A stretch of DNA of 60,175 nucleotides, counting the filler, from Sphacelaria rigidula (lineage: Eukaryota): the NCBI GenBank assembly GCA_964200075.2. It is 7 parts of 7 records of this genome, joined end to end, with 100 filler letters (N's around TTAATTAATTAA, not from the genome) between each part and the next. Parts side by side here need not be neighbours in the genome. Positions count along the whole stretch, not along the records: positions 1 to 8,512 come from CAXNAA020010924.1; positions 8,613 to 17,123 come from CAXNAA020010925.1; 5 more parts are not named here. The stretch is one strand, 5' to 3'. The notes beneath the pieces were generated by a model that had not been told where the DNA came from, ran no database searches, and saw nothing but the letters and a program-made list of their open reading frames with translations. Numbering within the stretch: position 1 is the first letter of the stretch; every line of letters begins with the position of its first letter. Both the position numbers and the translations under genes were made by a program. Shown in pieces: positions 1 to 13,540 of this stretch.

Positions 1-24
1 CCCCCCCCTATCGTAGGATGACTC
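1..24. mobile_element. MITE family A, right terminal inverted repeat (contig edge)
   Basis: CCCCCCCCTATCGTAGGATGACTC, identical to the right TIR at 5101-5124. Confidence 0.75.
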
Positions 25-889
25 ACAGCATGAAACATCGGTGGAATGCGTGTGTTTCGTCAATCCCCATGGTCACAATAAGATGTGACCCAAGAACACA
101 GAGATGCGCAGCGACACAGCTTTTGTTTGCCCCAATTCAATATGAGGCAAAAAAACAAAAACCGATGACAACAACAGCAGAGAGAGGGAAAAGGACGCGG
201 ATGGGACAGAAGGGGGAAGAACGGAGGCATCGCATCGATTAGTACATGTTTTCAATAATTGTCAGCGTTCAAGGACTGATGATTTTTTGCAAGGACTCAC
301 AACCGTGTTATGATGCTTTTCCATTTTGTACATGTTCAGTCCTGGAGGATCGGTCATAAAAGGTGCTGTCGTTAATCGAAACAACCGCAATAGTGAACGG
401 TACGGGCAGCAGCGGATTCAAAACGATTTTCTAAACTCCCGAACGAACCCATAAACAATGACCAGTAACACGTGAATCCCGACCAAAAGGGATGAAGGTG
501 ACGCGATGCAGGGGAAGCCGCTTGAGTGTGCGGGTAGGCAAAATAGTGAGCGCCGTCTCATCACCACGCAGAGGTGCAGTTCAGGGGAGCAGTTACGTGG
601 AGACCTCGGTCGTAACAATTGAGGCACGCATGGTAATGACGATCGTTTATCGGCGAAAGCTCATGCGGTCAAATCGGAGCACGGTACAAGAAGCAGGGTA
701 GGAAACTACCTGGACTTCCAACATGCAGGCGTAAGAGGCATAATGCGGACATGAGGGCTGAAACTATTCGTGCCTTTCAACATGCAGTGCGATAGCCAGC
801 AAGGTACAACTACCCATGGGCGGCAAACGCAAACATTGCAACGCCTCAGGCGGCACAGTAACCGCAAAGCAGAGTAACGGAAAGCACAG

Positions 890-956
890 CGGAAACAGCC
901 GCAGCAACAGCAACAGCAAAGTTGATAGTAGCAGCAACAAAAGTGACAGCAACAAG

Positions 957-987
<31 letters not shown>

Positions 988-1170
988 CAACAACCGCAGC
1001 GGCAGCAACAACAACAGACGATAGCAGGCAGAAGCATCGCCACCACCAGCAACAACAACGACAGTAAATAACAAAATCGACAAACGTTAACAGCAGCACA
1101 ATAACAGAGACAACGGACAACAACGACAACCGCAACAAAAAAACGAACAGCCACAACAACAGATAACAAA
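890..1170. repeat. Degenerate (CAG/CAA)n microsatellite
   Basis: Runs of gcagcagca and acaacaaca; explains the poly-Leu/Cys/Ala/Thr ORFs in the track. Confidence 0.85.
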
Positions 1171-4100
1171 AACGCGGCTGCACCGCTTCCGCTGCTGTCT
1201 TGAACCCGATGTCCCAAAACGCCCCGAAGTATTTGTAGAACCTCTGGTTCGTTGAATTCGTACAATTCTCGTCGTTCAACCGCAGTACCTTTTATCAAAT
1301 TGTTTTGGCTAGGTCATTTCACTTTTGCTTTGGACGTCAGCAGTGCCTGTCGGGCTCGTTCAAGATGAGAAATTGTAGCGCGTGCTGATGAACCATCTCG
1401 GATGAGCTCGTGCATAAAGCCGTTGGTGGCGTTCTGCTTGGGTTGTATGTAACAAAGTGCAATGCGGCGGGAAACCACGCAATACCAGGCACAGACAAGA
1501 TGACAAAACCTACCTAGTCCATGCTTACTTTTACCGTTCAGGGTATTATACCATGATTGAGGCAATCCGAAAAGCGAGTGCAAGCATACCATGGTGCAGT
1601 TGTTTTTTGCTATTGAAACCAATGAGGGCACGCAACTGTGAAGCAGCGCTGTTGTATTGTTTGGAACTCGTAGGAAGAAGGGCTATGCTGCAGTGTCGAT
1701 TTGCTTCACATTTGTGCAAAGTACACTATTTACAATATATAAATGGATTGACGCGCCAAAATGAAACCTCAAACCTCCCAAAAAAACAAAATTATGCAGG
1801 CGCATGCGAACTGTTTGGGAAGCATGCCGGAGTGACTCTAAACAAGCACGGCATTGGACCATGTCGTGGTTCGATACTCACGGCCTAGCTGGGAATGGTG
1901 TCAGTTCAGTGGGCACCGGGGCTAGCGGGCTCAAACACAATCATGAATATCGAATCTATTCATGTTCGCAGCGTCGGGCTGCATACCCGATGAGCCGCTC
2001 GGACGACATAACAACAAATCTTGCATGAAAGCTGTCTTGCTTACATTGTGTGAAGACCAGAAAATCCTCTGAGATCGCAGTCCGTGATAGTGTTGATGCT
2101 TCTTGTATTATTGGCAACAGGCTGGTAGCTGCAAATCGCGTGTTGAGATGAGTTCTCAAAAGACCGTGAGCCTAGTTGGGGGCAATCCCGGAAAACCAAT
2201 CAGACTCAGAGAATGGCCCATGACCTGTGGGCTAAACAAAGCAAGAGTATGACACATGAAGTCTACTCGACTGGACAATTACCAATAAAGCCGGAACCCT
2301 CCTCTTGCGATTTTCCGAAATGCGCTTTTTTAACGAAGCATCAGCCACCGTGATGTTTCGGTCCCCGTATATGAAAATTCGTTGTTTGCCTCAAACGATA
2401 ACCCCGCATGTAATGACGAATTTTGCTGTCTGTAAATGAGCCTTGGAACGAACTGGTCCTCAGTGAATCCCGTGTGCCCTTGAAGGCGCTATCGGCTGTG
2501 TTTATCCTACGTCACCTGAAGATGCGTGTCCACAGCGTTAGCGCAGCGGTTATTGCCAAACGACTGAGTTTGATGTTTGGGGTGCGTCCGTAACAGCGGT
2601 ACAGCTGTTCAGGTGGTGTTCATACTTTATACCGTACAGTCAACATGAAATATCCGATAGTCTTTACATTTTATTGCATAACTGCGGGTCATTGAACCGG
2701 CCGCGCTGACTAAATCGCTGACTTCATGCATGATGTGTCGGCGAATCTGGCGATGTGGTCAGCCAACCTCACTTTTTGTCATGACAAGCTACAACCAAGG
2801 AAAGGAAATAAAATGATGACTCGGTCTGAAGACATCGTGCTTTCCGCTTTGGACTGATCTCATGGTTTACTGGATGATCGCGTGGATAACGCTTGCCTCA
2901 CAATGCATCTGGGTAAGGGCCAATGTGATGAACCGTGAATGCTGTCAAACGCTGGACTGTTTGTTCTTGTAGCCTGATATATACCGAACTGATGCGCTGA
3001 TGCTGTCGCTCCGAGTCAAGCTACCGCATGTATGCAGCGGTTATTCTTGTCTACGGGAGGCCGTGTTCCTACGGCATATATGCATGACTGCAACATGTCT
3101 GTAGCAAGTGCACACATGTATGCCTCTATCATCGTCCAGGGATGTCGTTGCAATGTTGTTCGCTGGACTTTGAGCTTGCTGATCAAAGATCATTCAGCTG
3201 AAATCCGGCTACCTAGACTGTTTTCATGTACTACTGTCTGTCTGGTGCCGTTGACTGGGGATATAAAGGCAGGCTATCTGCTGTGTGCGTCTCGCGTCAT
3301 CTGAAATAGCGTTGTCACAATGTTTGCGCAGTGTGCAAACCAAGCTGATACCCATCTTTCTATAACCTGCTGCGACGTGATGAGGTTATGTTAATGCTAC
3401 CAGTTACCCTCTGACTATCACCCTGCATTGATCCCGCCTCGGTAAGATGTTGCCTCATGTCGCTCACAACCGACGTACTTGAGCCAAATTCTCGCTCACC
3501 ATGCAGTAGGCCCACCCATACATATTACGATATAAGAGAGGCTGATTATTTCCTGCTCGCGTGTCGGTTGTCCCGCACTTGCTTGTTCGCGAACTGATAA
3601 TGTGTGATGTGTAACACCGAGTTGACACACGATTAAGTGACTGCGCTGTGTTGAAATATACATACTACAAAACGAAATGTGATCAGGGTCCCAAAGTTGA
3701 TCTTGCAAGGGGCTGTGAGATAAGACAACTTGATGCTTGCTCTATACACCACATCACGGTCGACGCTGGGATAGAATGATTCTCTACACCGCTTTGCTAT
3801 ATTCTTCGATGCAATACCTGCTGTAAGCCCGATTTTTGCTGTGCAATGCAGCTGAAAGGAGCGACGCTATGCTGCCTCACACATCAAGCTCGGTGTTTAC
3901 TGTATTCGCCACACATGAGTTTGCACTGCAACTCAAAATGAAGTGAAACCACTGTACCCGTTTCACACGCCCCGTTTACCGACGCCAGCTGGGCTTGAAG
4001 TTTGAAGTTGTTCACCCCAAGCCTGCGCAATGATACCCCTGCAGCTTCGTCGTGAAACAACCGTTGTGATTGGTAGTGATGATGCTATAAAGGATGACTG

Positions 4101-4859
4101 TTTGTAAGCGACATACATTATTGCTTGGATGCTACGTCTATCACTCTCAAAAGTCACAGACGCACAGGAGAGTGCTTTAGGGATCCAAAGGTTGCCGGGG
4201 CGCGATCTTTTTCATGCACTCAAGCACTTTAGCGGCGAGTGACGCACATTCACTGTTGGTACGAATACCCGCGTGTCACAGTCACATGCAGAAACGGGAT
4301 GGGGCATGCAAACTAGGTTGGATTTATATATCATTTCAACCCCACTGCTTCAAGTTTAAGCTCTAGGTGTTGCCGCTGGACGGAGTAACGTTGGACTCGT
4401 TCACATCTGACGCCGCTGTCGCCATATGCTTTGATTTTTGCATTGTGATGCTTGGTTCATGCAAACTCCACTTCGGTAAGACCCGCTGGATGAAAAATCG
4501 CTTGTGTCTCCGCAAATTGAGTTGCGATATCACCCTGGGGTTTGACGACATGCAACCGTTTATTCCTGGTCATGCTGTTACAGGATGGCTGTACAAGATG
4601 ACTCAACTGATTGTATACGGCCCGCACTATCTCCTCCATAACACCCCCAACTGTGTACTCAGTCTAACAGTGCATGAGTACTGTGCTTTCACTGTGGTAA
4701 CAAAACTGCTCCGAATCGCCATCGAATATCAAATAAATGTCAGACTATGCATGCGGAAGAACCTTTGCCGTGTACTGTTCACTCGAGCCTATATACTGTG
4801 GGGACACATCAGGTAGTGATGACCGTGTTACCTGAGTGAAACTACTGAACGCGATATTT

Positions 4860-5124
4860 GAGTCATCCTACGATAGGGGGGGGGGGGGGGTTTTGGTTTC
4901 ACGAAAAAAAGGGGCTCAGAAGGGGACAGACATCCTGCCAAACTTGCGTGACGCTTGGATTNNNNNNNNNNTGGTTCCAAACGGTGTCAGGCAGTTTGGA
5001 TGAGCGTTATTGATCCACAACAAGTTTGTTCGAACAACCGTTGCTGCTTGCAACGACGATCTGACTCGAACCTTCGAGCAACAAACGGCCCAAAATACCC
5101 CCCCCCCCTATCGTAGGATGACTC
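4860..5124. mobile_element. MITE family A, complete copy (internal 10-N gap)
   Basis: TIRs GAGTCATCCTACGATAG(G)n ... (C)nTATCGTAGGATGACTC; 3-bp TSD TTT on both sides; internal sequence matches copies at 13541-13867 and 51666-51743. Confidence 0.85.
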
Positions 5125-5490
5125 TTTAACCAGCAAAAATGAGCTCACGAACTACCTGTGGAAGAGATACACAGGGGCTATCGAGATGTTGTCGGCTACA
5201 ATTAGTACCGAGTACAGCATATACGTTTGGGAACGCGAACCACTGGCTAGAGTATCTCGTGAATGACCACGTATGCAACGGTGAAAGAATGACATTTTTA
5301 CTCTATACTTCGCAAATTCATGAAACTGCTTGTGTGACCGTCATGCCATACTGGTTGTGCATACATGCTATAAGGCACGATACCATGTGAGTCGATTCGT
5401 CGTGAACGGAAATTACGAAGCTTGAATCAACATGGGGGTATTTACCCTACCGCAGTCAGGGGGGGAACAGATCATTGATGCGTTAAATGC

Positions 5491-5760
5491 GTGTTCGAAC
5501 AGGTTGCCATGATCCAGGATTTCCTATGTGTTTTCGAACAGGTTGACAGGGGGCCAGGAGTTTCCCATGCGTGTTCGAACAGGTTGCCATGGATCCAGGA
5601 TTTGCCATGTGTTTTCGAACAGGTTGACAAGGGCGCCAGGATTTTCCCATGCGCGTTCGAACAGGTTGACAGGCATCCAGGAATTCCCATGCTGTCCGAA
5701 TAGGTTGACAGGTGGCCAGGATTTTTCCATATGTGTTCGAACGGGTCGACATGGAGCCAG
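5491..5760. repeat. Minisatellite, ~7 copies of a ~40-bp unit
   Basis: Unit ~GTGTTCGAACAGGTTGACAGGNNCCAGGATTTCCCATGC starting at 5491, 5530, 5571, 5611, 5653, 5693 and 5733. Confidence 0.9.
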
Positions 5761-6711
5761 AATGCCCTTGGGAGTCCATGAATTTACACCTGGCTGTCCC
5801 CGACAAGTGATACCCTGGCCAAATGCACACGCGTAAACCTGCTTTGTCCACTTATACTGCTGTTCCCTTTGTTCTCCTACCGCTTTAATTTTTGTTCGCT
5901 ATTGTTGTACTGGTGAAGCGTTGCTATCCATGTTACTGGATTCATCATTTCTCACGCCGTTGATGATTGAGAATGTTTCCGCCAGAGACCATCCAGTGAA
6001 TATCGATACCATGCCATAAATTCTGGCTAATTTCGTTCACCCGTGGATGATAAAGGTGGTTCCATCAAATGGAAGCGGAAGGTTTGTTGAGTCTGACTCA
6101 TATCCAGGGTGACGATGAGGATTTGAGCACGCTCGCTACGATGTGGCCTCGTGACGAAGCAGAGTTTCCAGAGGCTTCAAGAGTCGCTAAAACTCGTTCG
6201 TTGGTCCAAGAGGCAGAGCGCAAGTCAGACCAAGACCCTTGTAGAGGGGAGGCTTCAACTGAGGAGCCACGGATACCAGGTGGTGATACCAGGTCTCAAT
6301 CTTGAGGTCAAAATGCAGAAGGGGGCTCGATTGCGCAGTAGATTCCCCGAGATACCAAGATCCGCAAACGGTTTACGGACAGCCCAGAGCGGTCAACAGG
6401 AACAACAGCTTCCCCGGGCGGGATAGAATCGTTCCTGCGCGGTGTTGAAATGCCCTACGCGGTCTAACCCGGCAGAGCGGTTATCAAGATTGACGGCTAC
6501 ACCAAGACGCCGAGTACCCGGGAAGAGGGACATGGTAACGCGGCAATCCATCGTGTGAACCACGTTTAGTCCCAGGGTTTTTCAACTCTACGACTGAGGG
6601 GGGTATTACGGATCGCGGCGTGGCGTGGTGGCTGAGGGTAGTACGATGATGGGCCGTCGATTCAAAACGACACTACGCCTCCGGAGGGCTGATTGCGGGA
6701 ACTGGCTAGTA

Positions 6712-7004
6712 CACGGGTGGCCACTGGGGTCTGTAACCTGGCCATTTTGGGACCTTATCCGCCTTTGGTAAGGTCCGCGGATTAGGTGGACAACTGAAGA
6801 GCATTTGCACAGCATGGGCAGGATCGAAACAAAACATGTCCCAGTCTATAGGCGGGTGACTCTCCTGTAGACTGTAACATGCCTTGTTTCGATCCTGCTC
6901 ATGCTGTGCAAATGCTCTTCAGTTGTCTACCCAATCCGCGGACCTTACCAAAGGTGGATAAGGTCCCAAAATGGCCAGGTTACAGACCCCAGTGGCCACC
7001 CGTG
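6712..7004. mobile_element. Foldback MITE (Tc1/mariner-type), near-perfect ~290-bp hairpin
   Basis: CACGGGTGGCCACTGGGGTCTGTAACC... is mirrored by ...GGTTACAGACCCCAGTGGCCACCCGTG over almost the whole length; flanked by TA on both sides. Confidence 0.8.
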
Positions 7005-8512
7005 TACCGCAGTCAGGGGTGAGGATGTGATGTAATCCGTCAAGAGACGGAATACATAAACATGCCTCTTTAATCTGGGTGGATCCGGTTCTTTCCAAGG
7101 ACCGGCCCAACCGGGTGTTATCATCCTGGTGTTCATTTCTTTCGAAGAGCAAGTTGACGCCACCAAAAGAAAAGAGAAAACGAATCGGCCTGAAGCTGTG
7201 ATCAAGAATATCCTGACGTTCGGCGTGTATCTTTCTGCGTTGGACTTCTCCCACGTGCTGTGAGCTTACGATTGTTTCAGGAATAACGGTGAGACTGTAC
7301 CGATGTTTGATTCAAGCAATGAGCAGATGCACGAAGGTCGACATAATAGTAAATACGAGCTTTGTGCGCAAATGGAATGGTGGAATGTGCGTTCATGTAG
7401 TAAGAATAAGTCGCATTCGCATGAAACAGCGAAACGTCGTAACTTGCATGACCGAAATTATGTTGTTGCTTCGCTCTAGTACTCGGCTTGCACAGTAGAG
7501 ATATGCAATGTTGACAACAACTATGGGCAACAACAACCTGTTTGTATCATTCTATCGAAAAACAACTGGTTCACCACAATCCAAGTACAACAACGATGGA
7601 CTCGCTGGCATCTCTTCTGTTGTGGTCTGGCCACGAGGTGATACTGGTGTCACCCTCAAGGCACATACCAGGCCAGGGATGACACGAAGCCAGCGGCTGG
7701 CCGCAATGAACGATCGCAGTCGAGAGGAGTGACCCTTGAACTCGTGACTAACAGACCATTGAGTCCGACCAGCACTGCATCATAGGGTAAGGTCTTGACT
7801 CACTTTCACGTGCAGAGAAGTGCTCTTGACTTGCTTGCAAGCGAGATGTCTCCAGGTGATGGCTGATAGCTTTGTTATTAAGCATGGCTACTGGTTAGCT
7901 AGAATTGAAGTTGCTAGGTGGTGAAAGTTGGAGGTTGTGACAGACTGAGTAGGCAACACATCAAACTGGAACATAGCGAGCAATGGTACGATAGGGGTTG
8001 CACTTTTTGTTTCTGGGTCTCGCTTTTGTAGGAGCCCAAATACATGGAGCTTACTGTGCAACCCAAATCTCCGGAGATAGGACATGGAGATGCACACAGG
8101 GGCCTTTTCGTGAATCGGCATCATTTTCAGTCTTTTTCATATGAAAATGGTGCCGATTTTCAAAATGATCCGTGCAACACCCCGAGGAACATTTTCGCTC
8201 AAAAAGTGCAACCCTACCGTAGCATCACTCTAGCACTAATATTTGAATGGAGTACGACCTACTGCACATGCCATGCGTGCTTCGAAACGCCTACTATATG
8301 TACAGCCGATATCCGCCGTAACATCCCCCTCCCTTTCAATTTTGTGGATGCAGATAAAATAAATCCAACTCTGCCGCTTTCACAGATGTTGCGACTTCGG
8401 TGTTGTTATTGTGACGACCTCTGAGCAGCCGGGAGGACGCGTGGTAAAGGAAGGAAAGGTAGCAATGATTCGCTTTGCCTGCCGTACTGCCGACCGCGTC
8501 GCGTGAACGCCA

Positions 8513-8612
8513 NNNNNNNNNNNNNNNNNNNNNNNNNNNNNNNNNNNNNNNNNNNNTTAATTAATTAANNNNNNNNNNNNNNNNNNNNNNNNNNNNNNNN
8601 NNNNNNNNNNNN
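8513..8612. other. Artificial contig spacer (N44-TTAATTAATTAA-N44)
   Basis: 100-nt N block with a central 12-mer giving stops in all six frames; identical at six evenly spaced positions. Confidence 0.98.
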
Positions 8613-8657
8613 GGTCAAATGACTAAGGCAAGCAACAAATGAGTACGCCCCCCCCCC
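8613..8657 (+). mobile_element. LINE extreme 3' end with poly(C) run (contig edge)
   Basis: GGTCAAATGACTAAGGCAAGCAACAAATGAGTACG-C10; matches the end of the LINE ORF at 16878-17120. Confidence 0.75.
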
Positions 8658-9142
8658 TGCAGCCAGCCAAGAGAGCTCGCCGCACGAGAGTAATCCCTTA
8701 CATCATCGTGTTGCACGGGTCCTTGCTCACATCGTCTACTGCCAACTATACAGCCCTTTTTTGTAGGCAGTATTTCTGCCGACGACTGTTTTAGGTCGAG
8801 TTGAGTTACTGCGTTTCGACAATTCATCCGGATGTGTTCGTTTGTTTATCTTACCTCTATCCCGTGGCGCAGCCTGGAAAGCTGGTGACACGGGTACGTT
8901 CCTTTGTATCGTTCCGTCGCTCGTGGTCCAGAGTTCCACAGGTGGTAGTTTACCACCCTTATTGTAGACCGTATTTTCGCCGGACGATTGCTTTGAGTTG
9001 GGTATTGCGTTCTGACGAAGGGTCGTTTTAATTGACACTCTGCTTCGCTCATGTCACGTGATAGATGATCCGCCGCACTGAACGAAACATTCCCACCAAC
9101 GACCGTTGGCTTCTTACGCTGAATGTCGTCGTAGGTGGGCTC

Positions 9143-9372
9143 TATAGTCTCTACCAGACGATCTGGACAAGAAAACCTTCAACGAGGGACTCCCCCAGTA
9201 TCACGGGCCTCGTTATTATCACGGTGTGATCCTCAATAGACCACATCACGAGCCATACAGCAAGGGTCCACGCAGATATGGGCCAATAATCCAGCTTCCC
9301 CTGTCCCCTGCCACTGCTCCAGTCATGCATGCGGTTATACTGAAACCTACGGCTTGGTATCATTTGGCTACA
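9143..9372 (-). repeat. 3' LTR of the Gypsy element
   Basis: Aligns with 14927-15167 (e.g. CCCCTGTCCCCTGCCACTGCTCCA, TTATACTGAAACCTACGGCTTGGTATCATT); termini TATA(mutated TGTA)...TACA. Confidence 0.88.
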
Positions 9373-12300
9373 GCTTTCTCAAAGCGAGTTCAAGACAAAC
9401 GAACGGGCTCAACAACCAACCAAAACCAAGTCGAAATCGCATGCGCAAGATCACAAAGAAATACCATACTCCCACGGTAATCTACTTGTCAGCAACCGAG
9501 TCTACCGCAGTTTACGCAGGTCCTTAAAAACAAATTCAGGTGCAGAATAATGAATCTTGCGAAGAGACTCCTACGTGCGTCCTTGAGCACCAAACCTATC
9601 CCAATCGACTAAAACAATGACATCACCATTGTCATCCTCGGCGACGTAAAGCATTCATCCGACATTTGCCTTGAGCACACGAATGCTGAAAAACATCTGT
9701 TAGTTCCGCAGTGATGTGCAACTGCGAGTCAGCATAGAAACGCAAACGAGCGACATGGGTCGTGTACACGGATCCCGAAACAATGCTCTGCACCAACTAT
9801 ATTTGAGCGTGATCGGCTCCGACCACTCGCCACGGACCTGTCCATGTGGACATCAAGTTGGGCGTCACACCTTGCCTCACAACAAGGGCAAACCGGACGA
9901 AATTTTCAACTGCATACTTGGGCAACACAGCCTGGCCCTGAGCAAGCTTGCGTTTAATTTCGCGAGACACCGCGACAGCAGCTTGCACTTCGTTACAAAC
10001 CCGCACTTGCTCATCAACCACGCCTCGAACCTTGTCACGCAACGTATCAGTATCCATGACACCGACGTTCCACTCGCCGCCAGTGACAGAAACCAGCGCG
10101 GAAAACGCTGTACTCGGCGCACGCCCAAACATCGCGCAATACGGAGTGTTACGGTAGCGTTCACGAAAAGGAGTATCCAACGCCCACTGAGTGGCTGGCA
10201 AAATATCAACCCGTTCAGACATCGGCCGTCTTTTTTCCGACAAAATGGACCGCAACGCACGAGCATCCTCTTTCACCATGCGTTTACAAGCACCATCCGA
10301 TTAAGTGGTATACGCTACAGCAAATTGGTGTTGTACCTTGAGCACATCGCTCAGCTGCGCAAATACTCGATTCTTTAAGTGTGTGACGTTATCACTAACC
10401 CACGCACGCGGCACCCCCAAAGTCTTGCACCAATGCAGCAAGAGCTTAGCCGCAACCTCGGCGGTGCAAGCATCGATCGGCTCCAACCAAATGGAATTGG
10501 ACAATTCATCCATGATGACCAAGCCATACCGAAAACCATCCTCATGAGGCGAACCAGGAGCACCTTCAGGTCCGCTACCTCCAACGTACATAAAATCAAA
10601 GTGAACAACTTCACCTGGCGCAATATCATGTACAATATCGCCATACGGACGAGGTACAATCGCACCAGCACGATTGTCTACACAATACAAACACTGACGA
10701 ATGAACCCGCGAGCGTGGGAATCCATGTGAGGCCACACACAGTAGTCTTTCAAACGGAACAGGGTCGGCGCCACACCGCTGTGACCAGCCGACCGCCTGT
10801 GAGCGCACACCATCAAGCGAGTTTGTAGAGCCTCACCATCAGACGGAATCCACAAGACATCACTGCTGCCGACACGCACGCGAAACAAACCATCGTCGGC
10901 CAAGGCAGCTCGACCGAGAGGAGTAGGAAAAGAGTGAACACCGTCGCCGGCTGGTTTGCGCTGCGCGGTACGAATGACATCTAATGAGGGCAGCGAATCA
11001 TCGGCATCACACGGGCTGTACACGACAACAGAACGAAGAGGCACGGTAGGAACCTTCACCCAGCGAGACAACAAATCTCCCCAACAACTGCGCTCTCCAG
11101 GGATGTGTTTAATGAGATACCGATATTGGCCGAGCATTCCTTTTCAATTTTCAAGCCGTTGCGTCATGGCCGTCGTCATTGATGTGATACACTCTTCGGG
11201 GTAAAAAATATATTTCAGATTGCAATGATGGGTGGAAATGCGAACATCATCCCAGAGCAAGTACTCTTGCCTTCGAAATGTATTGACTATCGCGAAACCT
11301 TTTTTGTCCACTGACGCCCACCGCAACGGTGAACCCTTCAAGCTACCACTCAGAAAGACCAACGGTTCATGTGACATGTGTTCGAGCGCAATGTCACTAC
11401 TAAACTCGGCGACAGGCACTTGAGTAAAAAAACTACCCCAGTGAAAATTCGGAACATCTAGAAACATCAGAACAACGGACCGTGGACGAGGATGATACAG
11501 CGGCACCACTTGAGTCACCAAATCTTGCGCAGCACACCATGCCCACACACGATCCTCCGTCTAAGCGTCCTCCGGGATGATACGATTACGCGCCACCCGC
11601 TTGGACCGACGCGAAGCCCCCACCATAAGTTGTTTCGAAAACACACGACGCGGCGCAACTACTTCCGCCATGCAGTCCACAACCGATTCGCCGCCTGCAG
11701 AAACTGCATCAGCTCACTAGCGGTTTGAGGACGTCGCATATTGCTCAAACCTTGGATACGGACGGGCTCATGCGAAACATCTTACCGCACCAAACCACTT
11801 CGCGGGCACAAACGGTGCACTTATGCGCAGCGACGAACAGACCGACGCTCTCCAGGTGTACAAGAATTTCGTCAAGCAAAGCTAACAATGCTTCTTGGGT
11901 TTCAGTAAAATAGACAACGTCACTCACCCCCACTTTACAGTCTAGACCCCGCAAAATTTCAATCAGCATACCTTGTAAATACGCCGTGGCGTTCAACATG
12001 CCCTGTGGGACACGAGTAGGCGTAAACAAACCGTCAGGTGTGACGATCGTGAAAATCTCCAGTGCCTCCGGCGCCAGAGGCATCTGCCAATACCCCTGGA
12101 GCAGGTCCAACCTGCCGAAGAATTGGACCCCCAGCAACTCCCGCATGTCCTTTTGGCTTGGCATCACCCCTGGAGACTTTCCCATCTACGCGTTCACCGC
12201 CTGGTAGTCGCTGACCAAACGGAATATGTCCTGCCTCCGCACCGCCATCGACGGACTCGCCTGCACAGCCTGGATGTCCCTAATCACTCAACCAAAGACC

Positions 12301-13540
12301 ACCAAAGCTGCGATGCATGAAGCAGGCCACCCGGTCTTCACCGGATCATTACGTCGGGGCTTGGCCTTCACAGCCGTAACCTGTTACTTGAATTGCACCC
12401 TCATAGGCTCTACGCGCGCTGGCGGATCACCATGCAGCGCACGACAAAGGTTATCCACACGACGAGCCAAAATGCCACGCAGACGATACGCACCATCGGC
12501 CCTCAGGCCCTTCTGCTCAGCTTGCTGCACGCTATACTCTAGCGCACGTTCTCTTGCACCTCTCTCCTCCGCAGGGTCCATAAACATGTCGGGCCCCCGT
12601 TCGACTGAGCGCTCAACCGCTTCATCCGCATGAGCCTCCTCATTGACCCTCTGGAATGATCGTTTGCATACGGTCACACGCCTCGCAGCAAGATAGCTGG
12701 TTTTTTCCACGTCGTTTTGCACCGGCACAGCACGCGAGCGTAACATATCCAACGCCAGCGGATACAAATCAATGCCGAGCTCTTTCATCGACGTCATCTC
12801 AAATAAAATCACGTTGCCCCCACCGGGCATGACAGCGAAAGTAATGGGCTGCAAATCCCCAGCCCCCCACGGCGTACGCACGCAAACTATAGTCGACACC
12901 GTTTTATGTGTCACCGTCATGGGAGCATCCGTGGCGGTCTACGCCGGTTGCGGTCCATTCTCAAACAGAATCTGCAGCTGATTGCCGCCAAACTGCGGAG
13001 ATATTTGTTCTAGCAACCCCACACCTATCGATGTGAACGCGGACCCAGAATCCAGAAGGACGCGGGCCATGAACGAATCTACGGAACCAGGCAAGGAAAA
13101 ACCTACGCGTAAACACTCTGCGTTGCCATCGACAGGCACCACACCTGCCGAAGAACCCTGGTCAGTACCAAGAGTCACCTGGCGCCAGGGCTTCGCTCCA
13201 GTACTTGGCATCGAAAACTGTGAATCGGCGGTCCACCCAGACCACGTGGACGAATAAGTAGGCGGCGCTTTTACAACCATCGCAGCAGTAGGAGATGCAG
13301 CAGACACGGATACTGCCTGGCCGAGGGGTTGCGAAGTATTCGCTCCAGCACTCCCCACCGAAGTATTAGCATTTCCCGCGTACACTAGCCGCACCGACAC
13401 GGACGAACCAGAAGATCCAGAGTAACCACCTGATGACTTAGTGGAAGAAACAGCAGCGGAAGAACCACCATCCGCCGTCGATCGGTTGCTACCGCGGCCG
13501 CCGCGCCCGTGTCCATGGTTGGCACAGCCCCGTCCACCGT

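Noticed and set aside
706-1298. Poly-Leu/Cys/Ala ORFs
   Set aside because: They are translations of a CAG/CAA microsatellite, with no domain or splice support.
5491-5760. CRISPR array or repeat-protein CDS
   Set aside because: No spacers; the overlapping ORFs on both strands merely reflect the minisatellite.
8557-8568. TTAATTAATTAA recurring every ~8.6 kb as a biological motif
   Set aside because: It is always centred in a 100-nt N block and is a standard six-frame-stop concatenation linker. ORFs containing X across these blocks are artefacts.
9716-10828. Long plus-strand ORFs (220 and 149 aa)
   Set aside because: Antisense shadows of the Gypsy integrase region.
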